Assembly: GCA_017631855.1 (NCBI GenBank)
Contig: JAGBSP010000064.1
Span: 7,809 to 71,808, forward strand
Length of the DNA: 64,000 bases
Reading direction: 5' to 3'
Source: Clostridia bacterium
Lineage (GTDB): Bacteria; Bacillota; Clostridia; Oscillospirales; CAG-272
In this document: positions 35,072 through 45,110 of the stretch, piece by piece
How positions within the stretch are numbered: the first letter of the stretch is position 1
Layout of the letters: each line of letters opens with the position of its first letter
Translations under genes and position numbers: made by a program
The notes under the pieces: generated by a model
Databases searched by the model: none
The model's input: the letters and a program-made list of their open reading frames with translations, nothing else
What the model was told of the DNA's origin: nothing

Positions 35072-35893
35072 TCATTTTTTTTGTGTTTTTTTATGTTTAT
35101 TTTGATCCCAAATTCGATTCAACTCTTCGGTAGAGATTTCAGATATCACTTTCCCCTGTGCAAGTACGGCTTGTTCGATCTCATCAAATCGATCTATAAA
35201 CTTATCGGTCGCCCGAACAAGCGCTTCTTCCGAGTCAATATGCAAATGTCTGGCCAAAGAAGTTACACTCAAAAGAAGATCACCAAGCTCTTCCTGCATA
35301 TTCTCCCGATCGTCGGCATTCATTGCCTTGCGAAGCTCAGAAAGCTCTTCTTCGATTTTTTTCAACACTTCTTCCGCATCAGAAAAATCAAAGCAGGAAG
35401 CCTTTTTTCCTACTTTTTGCGCACGCATCAGCGCGGGAAACATCGGCGGAATGGCACGCAATTTATCGGTAACGGTAATTCGTTCCTTCTCTGCGCTTTT
35501 GATTACCTCCCAATTGGCAAGCACCTGCGCCGAGGTATCCGCTTGCACCTCACCAAAAACGTGAGGATGGCGGTGAATCAGCTTTGTGCAAACGTCATTG
35601 GCAACGTCGTGGATATCAAATGAATTCTGTTCTGTTTCAATTTCCGCATGAAATATCACCTGCAAAAGAAGATCTCCGAGTTCCTCTCTTAAGAGAACAG
35701 GATCGTCGGTATCGATTGCCTCGATCACCTCATAGGTTTCCTCAATCAAATCCTTACGAATGCTATGATGATCCTGCTCACGATCCCACGGACAACCATC
35801 TTCTGAGCGAAGTACTTCAACGAGAACGACAAGATCTTCAAAATCATATTGTTTTTTCGAGATGAGCATTTCAATTTTTTCTTTTACTGTCAT
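35072..35893 (-). CDS. mazG: MazG nucleoside triphosphate pyrophosphohydrolase (tandem MazG domains)
   Basis: GCPWDREQDHHSIRKDLIEETYEVIEAI and a second EELGDLLL domain. ATG 35891-35893 forms an ATGA overlap with the upstream gene's stop; the track has 35938. Confidence 0.9.
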   Translation of the reverse strand: MTVKEKIEMLISKKQYDFEDLVVLVEVLRSEDGCPWDREQDHHSIRKDLIEETYEVIEAIDTDDPVLLREELGDLLLQVIFHAEIETEQNSFDIHDVANDVCTKLIHRHPHVFGEVQADTSAQVLANWEVIKSAEKERITVTDKLRAIPPMFPALMRAQKVGKKASCFDFSDAEEVLKKIEEELSELRKAMNADDRENMQEELGDLLLSVTSLARHLHIDSEEALVRATDKFIDRFDEIEQAVLAQGKVISEISTEELNRIWDQNKHKKTQKK

Positions 35894-37563
35894 AATTCTG
35901 TATTTCCTTTTCTTTTTTCTGTATGATATAACCGCCAAAACGAAAGTAACTTTTCTCCCATAGGAAGAGGCGCAATATCTTCCGCGGTAACGATTCGAAA
36001 CAATACCGCAAGCACGGTGTAAACGATTCCCACAACGAGCAGTGCCACAAAAAATGCTACCGTAGTACCGTAACTGAAACTTCGGATCGGCAAATATACC
36101 GCAACAGAAGCAAGGATCGCCAAAAAAGATGCGATCATCGGCTTATAATAAACTCGCCAAACACCCTCCGAACGATGGCTTTTCGGAATAACTCTTCCAA
36201 GAAAACTCAAATTGATCAACGTCACCGTAAGATCGCAAAGAAGCGTACTGATTGGCGCTCCGTAAATGCCGATTGAGGGATGACCGATCAATACATATGC
36301 TGTAACAATTTTAATCACCGCGCCAACCGACATAGAAATCATCGGTTTCCCCGATTGACGGTAAGACTGCAGTACAGCATTTGTAGTAGTAATCAATCCC
36401 GAAAATAGGATAGAAAATCCCAAAACGGAAAGTAAAGGCGCAGCAATCGTTATAGCTTCGGTTTCTTTGGAAAATAAAATACCGAGAATCGGTTTGGAAT
36501 ATACTGCAATTCCCATCGATGCGGGCATGGCAAGTAAACTCGTAAGTCGAAATGCCCGATCGGAAAGCGCCGCCTGTTCATCCTTGTTTTTTCGTTCAAT
36601 CGCCGCTGAAAGCTGTGGAATAAGCGCCATCGAAATGGGCGCGATCAGAGAAGGAATCAGGCTGAATACGGGAACCGCTAAGGTTGTATACGCACCGTAA
36701 ATTTCATTTGCCTCCGAAACAGAACGTCCGATATCCTGCAACCGACGCATAATCCACGCCATATCCACTAGGCGCGTTAGGCTAAGAATGGCGGATGCAA
36801 GCGTCATCGGAATAGCAATGCGAAACAACGCGGAGAGTCCGTCTCTGCTCGGCGGATATTCTTCTTTCCTCGTTTCAATGCGAAGAAGATTTTTGGAAAT
36901 TTTTTTCCTAATCAGTAAATATAGAGCAGACAGAAGCGTGCCAAACGAAAGTCCAAGAATAGCAAACGCCGCCACCACAGGAAGCTCCCGTCCTCGTTTT
37001 AGCGCAATGGATGCAAACCAAATGCCAAAGATCAACTTTCCCAGTGCTTCAATCAATTGAGAGATTGCCGTAGGAAGCATTTGATGAAAGCCTTGAAAAT
37101 ATCCTCGGATTGAGGAGGATAGGCAAACAAAAAACATGGCAGGTGCAATTGCCAAAATGCAAAAAAATGCCTGCTCATTTCCAATGACTCTTGCCATCGG
37201 CTTAGCAAAGAACAGCAAAAACAGCGTTCCTATCAGTCCAAATAGCAGAAAAATTGCTGTAGCGGAGCGGTCGATCCGCCGAACGGTTTCTCCCATACCG
37301 CGTTCTCGGTTAGCAGAAATCAATAAAGAAAGTGCCACAGGAAGTCCTGCCGTTGCCATTACGCAGAGCATAGCATAGATTTCATAGGCGGAGTTAAAAT
37401 ATCCCATTCCCTCCGCGCCGAGATATGCGATCATTGGAATTTTATAGGCAAGTCCAATGACCTTTACAATAACCGTCGAGAGTGAAAGAACAAGAACGCC
37501 TGACATAAAGCCATCGGCGTTCCGTCTGCGTGTAAAATGTTTCTTTATCAAAATCCTTGCCAT
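35890..37563 (-). CDS. MOP-superfamily flippase (YabM/SpoVB/MurJ-like polysaccharide biosynthesis protein)
   Basis: About 557 aa with around 14 hydrophobic segments. N-terminus GVLVLSLSTVIVKVIGLAYKIPMIAYLGAEGMGYF. Its position upstream of mazG matches B. subtilis yabM. The start is ATG 37563 or GTG 37578. Confidence 0.8.
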   Translation of the reverse strand: MARILIKKHFTRRRNADGFMSGVLVLSLSTVIVKVIGLAYKIPMIAYLGAEGMGYFNSAYEIYAMLCVMATAGLPVALSLLISANRERGMGETVRRIDRSATAIFLLFGLIGTLFLLFFAKPMARVIGNEQAFFCILAIAPAMFFVCLSSSIRGYFQGFHQMLPTAISQLIEALGKLIFGIWFASIALKRGRELPVVAAFAILGLSFGTLLSALYLLIRKKISKNLLRIETRKEEYPPSRDGLSALFRIAIPMTLASAILSLTRLVDMAWIMRRLQDIGRSVSEANEIYGAYTTLAVPVFSLIPSLIAPISMALIPQLSAAIERKNKDEQAALSDRAFRLTSLLAMPASMGIAVYSKPILGILFSKETEAITIAAPLLSVLGFSILFSGLITTTNAVLQSYRQSGKPMISMSVGAVIKIVTAYVLIGHPSIGIYGAPISTLLCDLTVTLINLSFLGRVIPKSHRSEGVWRVYYKPMIASFLAILASVAVYLPIRSFSYGTTVAFFVALLVVGIVYTVLAVLFRIVTAEDIAPLPMGEKLLSFWRLYHTEKRKGNTEL

Positions 37564-37666
37564 CTCCTCTCCGCACACAAATACCCATTACTGTATTGTA
37601 TTCGCAGGAAAAAATGAGTATTCCTCCCCGCTATGTACGGCGGAAGATGCAAGTATTCAAAATCTA

Positions 37667-38566
37667 TTAAATAAATTCTTGGTAAAGAGATCCTTCCGAA
37701 ATCATTGAGCTTGGAATCGGGCAAACGTCCTTCATTTGGCGCAAAATCGTTTCTGCTGTATTCCAATAAGGTCCTTCTTTAGATACGGTAGGCAAGATGC
37801 GATCCAAATACGGCTTGAGAACACCAAGCTCATACTCCATCGTAGAATCGATCCAATACTCTGCCGCTGAAGCATACGGAAAAATGTTTGCTTCCTCATT
37901 TCTTCGTACACTTGCCCAAAGAGCTAGTGTGTTTTCGGGAGGCGAATTGCGAAAATTATAGTCACGCACCAAACGGCGAAGCAGACGAAGCTCGTTTGGC
38001 TTAATCACTTCCCCATTTACCTCAAGCGAGCGCATCGGCATAATATAAAGACCAACAGATTCATAACCTACCTTATCGAGTAGCTCGGTAAATTCGGGAT
38101 AGAACGCCTGAATTCCTTCAAAAAGGAACACGTCCTCTTCTCGACTAGCAACCGTACGGTAACCGATTCGTTTTCCTTCCCGAAAGCTGAAGATCGGACA
38201 GTGGCTCTCTTGCTCCGAAAAGATCTCCCGTAGAAAGCGAGAAAGCTCTATCCAATCAATTGTTTCGGCAGAATCATAGTCAAGTTCTTCTGTTTTTTCG
38301 CTCCCCGTTCTTTGATGCAACAAAGCCTTATCATAGAAGAAATCATCGATTGAAATCAAATGCAAATGCTTTCCCTTTGCCAAGAACCTTTTTTTCAGTA
38401 AATTTGCCAAAGTGGTTTTTCCGGAACACGTTGGTCCGGAAAGGCGAAACAAACGTACGTGTTTATTCTCTAATGCCTGCGTCGCGAGTTCGTTTAAACG
38501 AATTTCAAAATCAGCTTCGCAGGAGTCGATCCACAACTGAAGATCGTTTTTTTTATGCTCCTCCAT
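37667..38566 (-). CDS. uridine-kinase-family P-loop nucleoside kinase-like protein
   Basis: Walker A LSGPTCSGKTTLANLL followed by ISIDDFFY; 299 aa. Confidence 0.7.
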   Translation of the reverse strand: MEEHKKNDLQLWIDSCEADFEIRLNELATQALENKHVRLFRLSGPTCSGKTTLANLLKKRFLAKGKHLHLISIDDFFYDKALLHQRTGSEKTEELDYDSAETIDWIELSRFLREIFSEQESHCPIFSFREGKRIGYRTVASREEDVFLFEGIQAFYPEFTELLDKVGYESVGLYIMPMRSLEVNGEVIKPNELRLLRRLVRDYNFRNSPPENTLALWASVRRNEEANIFPYASAAEYWIDSTMEYELGVLKPYLDRILPTVSKEGPYWNTAETILRQMKDVCPIPSSMISEGSLYQEFI

Positions 38567-38617
38567 CGTACTCCTTTCGACGGAATCCTCGGAGCAATCC
38601 TTCGGTCGAAAAATCGC

Positions 38618-40117
38618 TTAAAGCATTCCGTGCTTCTGATAAAATTTTTCAGCCGTTTGAGCAAAGGCAGTGCTTCGATCCTCTTCCAAATATTCATAAG
38701 GATATTTCTGATGGAAAAGTCGCTCAATATTTCTTGCTTCGTCGGAAAGTCCCGTGCGATCTACCAGTTTAGTTACGGCACCAGCACCTGCAGCAAAAAT
38801 CGAATGGATCTCCTCCATCATATAAATATTGTAAAGACCTTCGTATCCCGGCAAGGAAAATCCAACGTTTTCATAGTTTCCCACCGTATTCTTCTGCCTA
38901 TACATATAGTATGGGATATATCCCGCTTGATGTGTACGAATTTGAGAATAATCAACACATTTTCCTGCGTCGCCACCACGAATCGAATAAATATCGGAGT
39001 TCAGTCGCAAAATCTCTGCTGATTTTTTGACGCAAAAAGTATGTACGGTAATATTTTCGGGAGCTATCTGTAATATCTGATCCATTGTTGACGAAAAACG
39101 GCGGAAATTATCCCCTGGCAATCCAGCGATCAGATCAACATTGACCGTCGAAATTTTTGCACATCTTGCGTCTTCAAACGCACGGAAAAATTCTTCCACC
39201 GAATGGTTCCTGCCAATACCGCACAAAACATCATCGCAAAGACTTTGCGGGTTCACGCTGACACGTGTAACGCCGTATTCTTTGGCAATCAAAAGTTTTT
39301 CTTGGGTAATCGTATCGGGACGTCCTGCTTCCATCGTATATTCCTGCAACGTGCTTACATCTGTCAAGGTTGCAATATATGATAGCAGATCTTTTATCTG
39401 TTCTTCGTTCAAAATTGTCGGAGTGCCTCCGCCGATATAAATTGTACGAACACGCAAACCAAGGCGATTAATCGTTTCAAAATTCGATCGAATATCCTCC
39501 TTGAGACGGATCAGATATTGTGGGATCAAACCAAGAAGTCTTTTGGACGTATACGATACAAAGGAACAATAGGTACAGCGTGAAGGACAAAACGGGATCG
39601 ATATATATACACTGCAATCTTTTGCCGAAGGCTCGCCAACAATGCGTTTTTCGGTCAAGGCAATATCCGTAGCCAGCGCCGCTTTTTTAGGAATTACCAG
39701 ATAATCGGTGTTCAGAATTTTTTTCACACGGGTTTTACTGATCCCCGCATCCAAGAGCTCTGATGCCACCTTGGACGGACGAACCCCGATCATCATTCCC
39801 CATGCGGGACGGTATCCGATATGCTCACCAAGCGCTGCCAAGACAGCACCTCCGACGGCAAGCTTTAAAGTGCGCTCTGCCGTTCTGTAATCATTCTGCT
39901 CGGCGACATATTCCCGCTGACAGCTCTCACCTTTCCAATCGATTCGTGCTACCGCACTCACCGTTCCCTCGTTCTCTTCCGAGCGAACGTATAATATGGG
40001 CTCATCTATTCCTGCTTCTTCTGTGTCTTTTTGACCAAAGCGCTCGCCTGGAAAAAAGATCATTGCAAGCGTTTGCACGTAATATTTATTGATAGGCGAT
40101 TCCAATACGATTTTCAT
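38618..40117 (-). CDS. radical SAM protein, HemN/HemZ-like coproporphyrinogen dehydrogenase family
   Basis: CPSRCTYCSF CxxxCxxC cluster motif, and IYIGGGTP. The roughly 499-aa length matches HemZ-type proteins. Confidence 0.8.
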   Translation of the reverse strand: MKIVLESPINKYYVQTLAMIFFPGERFGQKDTEEAGIDEPILYVRSEENEGTVSAVARIDWKGESCQREYVAEQNDYRTAERTLKLAVGGAVLAALGEHIGYRPAWGMMIGVRPSKVASELLDAGISKTRVKKILNTDYLVIPKKAALATDIALTEKRIVGEPSAKDCSVYISIPFCPSRCTYCSFVSYTSKRLLGLIPQYLIRLKEDIRSNFETINRLGLRVRTIYIGGGTPTILNEEQIKDLLSYIATLTDVSTLQEYTMEAGRPDTITQEKLLIAKEYGVTRVSVNPQSLCDDVLCGIGRNHSVEEFFRAFEDARCAKISTVNVDLIAGLPGDNFRRFSSTMDQILQIAPENITVHTFCVKKSAEILRLNSDIYSIRGGDAGKCVDYSQIRTHQAGYIPYYMYRQKNTVGNYENVGFSLPGYEGLYNIYMMEEIHSIFAAGAGAVTKLVDRTGLSDEARNIERLFHQKYPYEYLEEDRSTAFAQTAEKFYQKHGML

Positions 40118-40144
40118 ACTCTCATCCTTCGCTTTTTTCTCGTC

Positions 40145-40603
40145 TTATTTTCCTGCTAGCAATACCCGACTGTCCACCGTGATTGTTACGGGACCGTCGC
40201 ACACCATTTCGATTTCCATATGGGCGCCAAACACACCGCAACCAACCTGACGAAGCTCACGTTTGCAAAGCTCTGAAAAATACTGATATAGTCGATTTGC
40301 TTCCCCCGGTGCCGCCGCCCCCATGTAGTCGGGACGCTTTCCCTTTTTATAGGAAGCAAGAAGCGTAAAATTAGAAACGATCAGCATTTCTCCGTCAACA
40401 TCCTTCAAGGAAAGATTCATTTTTTCATTTTCATCGCAAAAAATGCGAAGATTGACAATTTTTTCAGCTAGCGCGTCCGCATCTCGCTCGGTATCTCCCG
40501 CAGCAACGCCCAAAAGCACGCAAAGACCTGCGTCGCAAGCGCCCGAAAGAACTCCGTCCGCATACACCTTTGCCTTATTTACTCTCTGAATGACTGCAAT
40601 CAT
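40145..40603 (-). CDS. dtd: D-aminoacyl-tRNA deacylase
   Basis: MIAVIQRV..., VSNFTL, GAHMEIEMVCDGPVT. ATG 40601-40603 follows GGAGGA; the track has 40618. Confidence 0.93.
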   Translation of the reverse strand: MIAVIQRVNKAKVYADGVLSGACDAGLCVLLGVAAGDTERDADALAEKIVNLRIFCDENEKMNLSLKDVDGEMLIVSNFTLLASYKKGKRPDYMGAAAPGEANRLYQYFSELCKRELRQVGCGVFGAHMEIEMVCDGPVTITVDSRVLLAGK

Positions 40604-40630
40604 ACTGATCCTCCACACCTATGGTATTTA

Positions 40631-42856
40631 TTACGAAAATCCTCTTGCAACGTCAAGAACACCGCTGATCGCACGCAATCTCGCAACGATAGAATGATAA
40701 TGCTCCACGTTTTTACAACTGATCTTCAAGTTAATGATCGATTCCTCAATTGACGCTCCCGCAGCCGTATTGATCTGAAGCAAAAAGACTCGCATTTCGG
40801 AAAGTGCCACAGATACGTCCGCAACGATACCGAGGCGATCGCGGACATATAGAGTGATCTGAGCCTCGTACATACTTTGGTCTAACGAAGAATCGCCCTT
40901 CTCCCAATGTGCCTCTACCCAACGCGAAGAATTTTCTGGATTTTCTTTTCCTTGTATCACGTTCGGACAGTCTGTTTTGTGGATCGAAATCCCAAAGCCC
41001 TTGGTAATAAATCCAACCACCTCATCACCCGGCAACGGGTTACAACAACGGGCAAATTTGACTTGGCACCCATGTGCGCCATCAACGACGATACCGCCGC
41101 CCGAACGAACTGTTTTGGGATTGGTAACCGTCTTGATCTGTTCCACGGTAATGGGCTCTGCTGACTCTGTCTCAAGCGCTTCCAGATTTCGTTCGTATTC
41201 ATCACGAAGCTTTCCCGAAAGCTTCCCCATCGAAATTCCGCCATAACCAAGCGTATTATAAAGATCCTCTGCACTCATAAATCCAAGACGTTTTCCAACA
41301 GCGGCAACCATCTCGTTTCGCTTTGCTTCGGTCGTAGCTTTGGCAAATTTTCGGAATTCCGCTTCGATCATTGCTTTGCCCGCGACAATATTATCCGATC
41401 TCTTTTCCTTCTTGAACCAACTTCTGATCTTGGTTCTTGCTTCACTGGTTTTTACGATGGTCAGCCAGTCACGGCTAGGACCCTTCGAAGCAGAAGATGT
41501 CAGAATTTCTACAATATCGCCCGTTTCGGGGGAACGGTCGATCGGAACAATCATTCCGTTGATCTTTGCGCCGATCATAGAGTTTCCAACTCCCGAATGG
41601 ATCGAATACGCAAAGTCGATCACGGTAGATCCCTGCGGGAGTGCTATTACATCCCCCTTCGGCGTAAACACGAAGGTTTCATCGTGGAAAATATCGGTTT
41701 TGAGGGCGTTAAGAAATTCATCGGGATCCTTGGTTTCATCCTCAGTTTCTACCAAACGAGAGATCCACTCCAGTTTCTTATCAATCTCCTCCTTGGATTT
41801 CTCACCCGTTTTATACTTCCAATGCGCCGCAATACCGTATTCTGCCACGTGATGCATATTCCACGTACGAATCTGAACCTCGAACGGAATACCGTCGCGT
41901 CCGATAACCGTCGTATGCAACGATTGGTACATATTCGGTTTTGGCGTGGAAATATAGTCCTTAAAGCGTCCGGGAACTGATTTAAACTGCTCATGAATTA
42001 AACCGAGCGCAGTATAGCACTCAAGCTCGGTATCTACGATGATACGCAACGCGTAAAAGTCATAGATCTGATCAAAGCTCTTGTTTTGATTGAACATCTT
42101 TCGGTAAATACTGTAAACCGATTTGATTCGACCTTCCAAGGTAAAATGAATATTATTTTCCTTGAGCTTGTTTTCGACGGAATGACGAACGTTTTCGATA
42201 AAGCCCATCGTTTCGCCGTATTTTTCCTCGATATAAGACTGAATTTCCTCATAGCCGATTGGGTCGAGATAAGAAATACAGAGATTTTCCAGCTCCTGCT
42301 TGATCTTCTGCATACCAAGGCGATGTGCCAGCGGCGCATAGACGTGCATGGTTTCGAGTGCAGTAGTACGGCGTTTCGGATCTGCCTTTACGCCCAAAGT
42401 TCTCATATTATGCAAACGGTCGCAAAGCTTGATAAAGATCACGCGAACATCCTTCGACATCGCAAGAAGCATCTTACGAATATTTTCGATGTGTGCTTCT
42501 TCCTTGTCCTCGACATTCAACACCACAAGCTTCGTTAAGCCGTCGACAAGCATAGCTACTTCTTTTCCAAAGCGAGCCTCCAACTCATTTAAGTCGGTTT
42601 TATCCGAACAATCCTCTACCGTATCGTGCAAAAGTGCAGCACAAATCGAGTTGGTATCAAGACCAAGACCAGCCACGATCTCGGCTACAGCGATCGGATG
42701 TGAGATATAGGGCTCTCCGCTTACACGAAACTGTCCCTCGTGAAGCTTTGCCGCATACTCACACGCCTCTTTGATCTTTTCAAGATCGTATGATTTTCCC
42801 GATGCCGATAAAAGATTATATAATTTTTTACATCGAGAAGAAATCTCATTAGACAT
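40631..42856 (-). CDS. relA: bifunctional (p)ppGpp synthetase/hydrolase
   Basis: HD hydrolase domain (HPIAVA...LLHDTVEDC), synthetase domain (YQSLHTTVIG), then TGS and ACT regions. The start is set at ATG 42854-42856 (MSNEISS...); the track has 42910. Confidence 0.95.
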   Translation of the reverse strand: MSNEISSRCKKLYNLLSASGKSYDLEKIKEACEYAAKLHEGQFRVSGEPYISHPIAVAEIVAGLGLDTNSICAALLHDTVEDCSDKTDLNELEARFGKEVAMLVDGLTKLVVLNVEDKEEAHIENIRKMLLAMSKDVRVIFIKLCDRLHNMRTLGVKADPKRRTTALETMHVYAPLAHRLGMQKIKQELENLCISYLDPIGYEEIQSYIEEKYGETMGFIENVRHSVENKLKENNIHFTLEGRIKSVYSIYRKMFNQNKSFDQIYDFYALRIIVDTELECYTALGLIHEQFKSVPGRFKDYISTPKPNMYQSLHTTVIGRDGIPFEVQIRTWNMHHVAEYGIAAHWKYKTGEKSKEEIDKKLEWISRLVETEDETKDPDEFLNALKTDIFHDETFVFTPKGDVIALPQGSTVIDFAYSIHSGVGNSMIGAKINGMIVPIDRSPETGDIVEILTSSASKGPSRDWLTIVKTSEARTKIRSWFKKEKRSDNIVAGKAMIEAEFRKFAKATTEAKRNEMVAAVGKRLGFMSAEDLYNTLGYGGISMGKLSGKLRDEYERNLEALETESAEPITVEQIKTVTNPKTVRSGGGIVVDGAHGCQVKFARCCNPLPGDEVVGFITKGFGISIHKTDCPNVIQGKENPENSSRWVEAHWEKGDSSLDQSMYEAQITLYVRDRLGIVADVSVALSEMRVFLLQINTAAGASIEESIINLKISCKNVEHYHSIVARLRAISGVLDVARGFS

Positions 42857-42891
42857 AGAAATACTGCCTTTCCTGCACCAAAAAGCCAATC

Positions 42892-45075
42892 TTAGTGGAG
42901 ATCTGCGCACTGGCTTTTCAGTTTTTTCAAAATAGATGATTTTTCAATATTGGTTTTGGAAGCGTTAAAGAAAATGCGGAACTGATATACATCCGGTTGT
43001 ATTTCTTCTACCTCACAAAGCTGAAGCTCATGAAATACGCGAAGAATGTATTTTAATTTCACGTAATTCATCGGCTCTTCCCCTGGAACTGCGTTGATCA
43101 AACGCAGCATATCCCGCACGTTCAAAAAACAAATTCCCGCGCGCGATTCATGGCGAAGTGTTTTATAAACACGTGCAAAATCGGATCGCTCCGGTAAAAT
43201 CTCCTCAGCGACTGAAAATAGAGCTCCGCTATGCACCTCGGCATAGCGATTCTTCTGACGATCCAATTCATCTGAATACCGCTCTGCAATTCGTGCATCC
43301 TGCAAAATCATTTGCACGCTTTGTACGTTTTTATAGTCGTTGATATCAATGTGAAACAGCACATCGATCACGTCGCCCAAAGTAAAACCGAGCTCTTCGA
43401 GCGCTACCCCGAAATAAAGGGCAGTCATACAAACACCATCCTGCTCCAGCAAAAGCCGCGTATGTTTTCCGGAACCGATCGACGTCATCTTTTTTACGGT
43501 GACATCACGCATCATAAAGATGGGAGCAAGATTGCCCGTGCCAAAGGGCTCGAGCAAAAGAAGCTCCTTTGCAAGCTGCATCGTCACATTTTTCATACGA
43601 ATGGCACAATCAGCATCAATACAAATACGAAAAATGTCCTCATTTAAATGATTTTTTGCATATTCATTGATCTTTTGACGGAATTTCTCTAGGTTGGCTC
43701 GCTTAATGGTCAATCCCGCCGCCAACTCGTGCCCGCCGTATTTTAGCAAAAGATCATCGCAATAGTTGAGTGCTTCCACAAGGTTCATTCCCTTAATGCT
43801 TCGACCAGAGCCCTTTCCGTCATCCAACGGATGATCTTCCTCGGTGAGAGGATCAAACGAAATCAAAATCGAAGGCAAACCGTATTTTTCGGTAATTCTC
43901 GAAGCTACAATTCCAATAATCCCTTGATGCCAATGGTTGCTGTCAAGAACGATCACAAGATCGTTTTCGGGATCAAATGAGTTCTCGATCTTCTGATATG
44001 CTTCAATCGAGATCTCATTTTCTTCTGCCTGACGGTGTCTGTTGATCTCGCAAAGCTCTTCTGCCGCGATCTGTGCGCGTTCCTCATCCTCCTCCAAAAG
44101 AAGTCGAACCGCTACCGTTGCATCTCCAATACGTCCCGCCGCATTAATTCTCGGCGCAACACCGAAGCCGATCAATCCCGATGTGATCTTTTTTGGCGTA
44201 TCGTCACTTCCCCGCCGAGAGGAGGCTTCGATCAAAGCTCGCAATCCTTGACGGGAGGTATTCTCCATCAATTTTAATCCCAAACTAATGATCATTCTGT
44301 TTTCGTCAATCACGGGCATAACGTCGGCAATCGTACCGATGGCAGTTAGGTCTGCATAATTCATACACACCCGACGAATGCCGTCTATGATAGGACGTTC
44401 CATATCGCGGCAACGTTTGATCTCACAAGCGCAAAGAAGCTTAAAGACTACACCGACCCCCGCTAATTCCTTGAAAGGATACGGACAATCGGGACGGTGA
44501 GGGTTGACTACCGCGCAGGCTTGGGGCAACTCCGTCCGACATTCGTGGTGATCGGTAATAACAAAATCGACACCAAGCTCTTTGGCATAAAGTACCTCAT
44601 CATTTGCGGTAATTCCGGTATCTACCGTAATAATCAAAGTTGTACCTTCCGATGCCAAAGCATCGATTGCAGCACAAGAAACACCATATCCTTCCCCTTC
44701 ACGCTTGGGAATTTTAATTCCAACGTCGCATCCAAGCTCACGAAGATAGAGATACAGCGCCGTAACCGAGGTAACTCCGTCTACGTCGTAATCTCCGTAA
44801 ATATAAATTTTCTCATGATCTTCGACGGCACGAAAAATTCTTTCAACCGCCCGATCCATATCGGCAAGAAGATAAGGGTCGTGAAAATTTTCCTGCTCCA
44901 ATTTTAAGAAGCGCTCAGCTTCCTCAGGAGTGTGATAGCCTCGATTGTAAAGCAAGACCGCAAACCATTCCGATACACCAAGTTTCGACGCTATGGCGCG
45001 AACGGCTTTATCATGATCTTCCTCTCCAAAGGCATATTTTTCTTTCCACACCTTCTTGCGTTTCATTTCCTTCAT
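42892..45075 (-). CDS. recJ: single-stranded-DNA-specific exonuclease RecJ
   Basis: DHH motifs IYIYGDYDVDGVTS, VDTGI, ITDHHEC, and the DHHA1 motif GGHELAAG; 727 aa. Confidence 0.93.
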   Translation of the reverse strand: MKEMKRKKVWKEKYAFGEEDHDKAVRAIASKLGVSEWFAVLLYNRGYHTPEEAERFLKLEQENFHDPYLLADMDRAVERIFRAVEDHEKIYIYGDYDVDGVTSVTALYLYLRELGCDVGIKIPKREGEGYGVSCAAIDALASEGTTLIITVDTGITANDEVLYAKELGVDFVITDHHECRTELPQACAVVNPHRPDCPYPFKELAGVGVVFKLLCACEIKRCRDMERPIIDGIRRVCMNYADLTAIGTIADVMPVIDENRMIISLGLKLMENTSRQGLRALIEASSRRGSDDTPKKITSGLIGFGVAPRINAAGRIGDATVAVRLLLEEDEERAQIAAEELCEINRHRQAEENEISIEAYQKIENSFDPENDLVIVLDSNHWHQGIIGIVASRITEKYGLPSILISFDPLTEEDHPLDDGKGSGRSIKGMNLVEALNYCDDLLLKYGGHELAAGLTIKRANLEKFRQKINEYAKNHLNEDIFRICIDADCAIRMKNVTMQLAKELLLLEPFGTGNLAPIFMMRDVTVKKMTSIGSGKHTRLLLEQDGVCMTALYFGVALEELGFTLGDVIDVLFHIDINDYKNVQSVQMILQDARIAERYSDELDRQKNRYAEVHSGALFSVAEEILPERSDFARVYKTLRHESRAGICFLNVRDMLRLINAVPGEEPMNYVKLKYILRVFHELQLCEVEEIQPDVYQFRIFFNASKTNIEKSSILKKLKSQCADLH

Positions 45076-45110
45076 GGATTTACCTCAATCTATCTAAAAA
45101 TATCTCTAAT

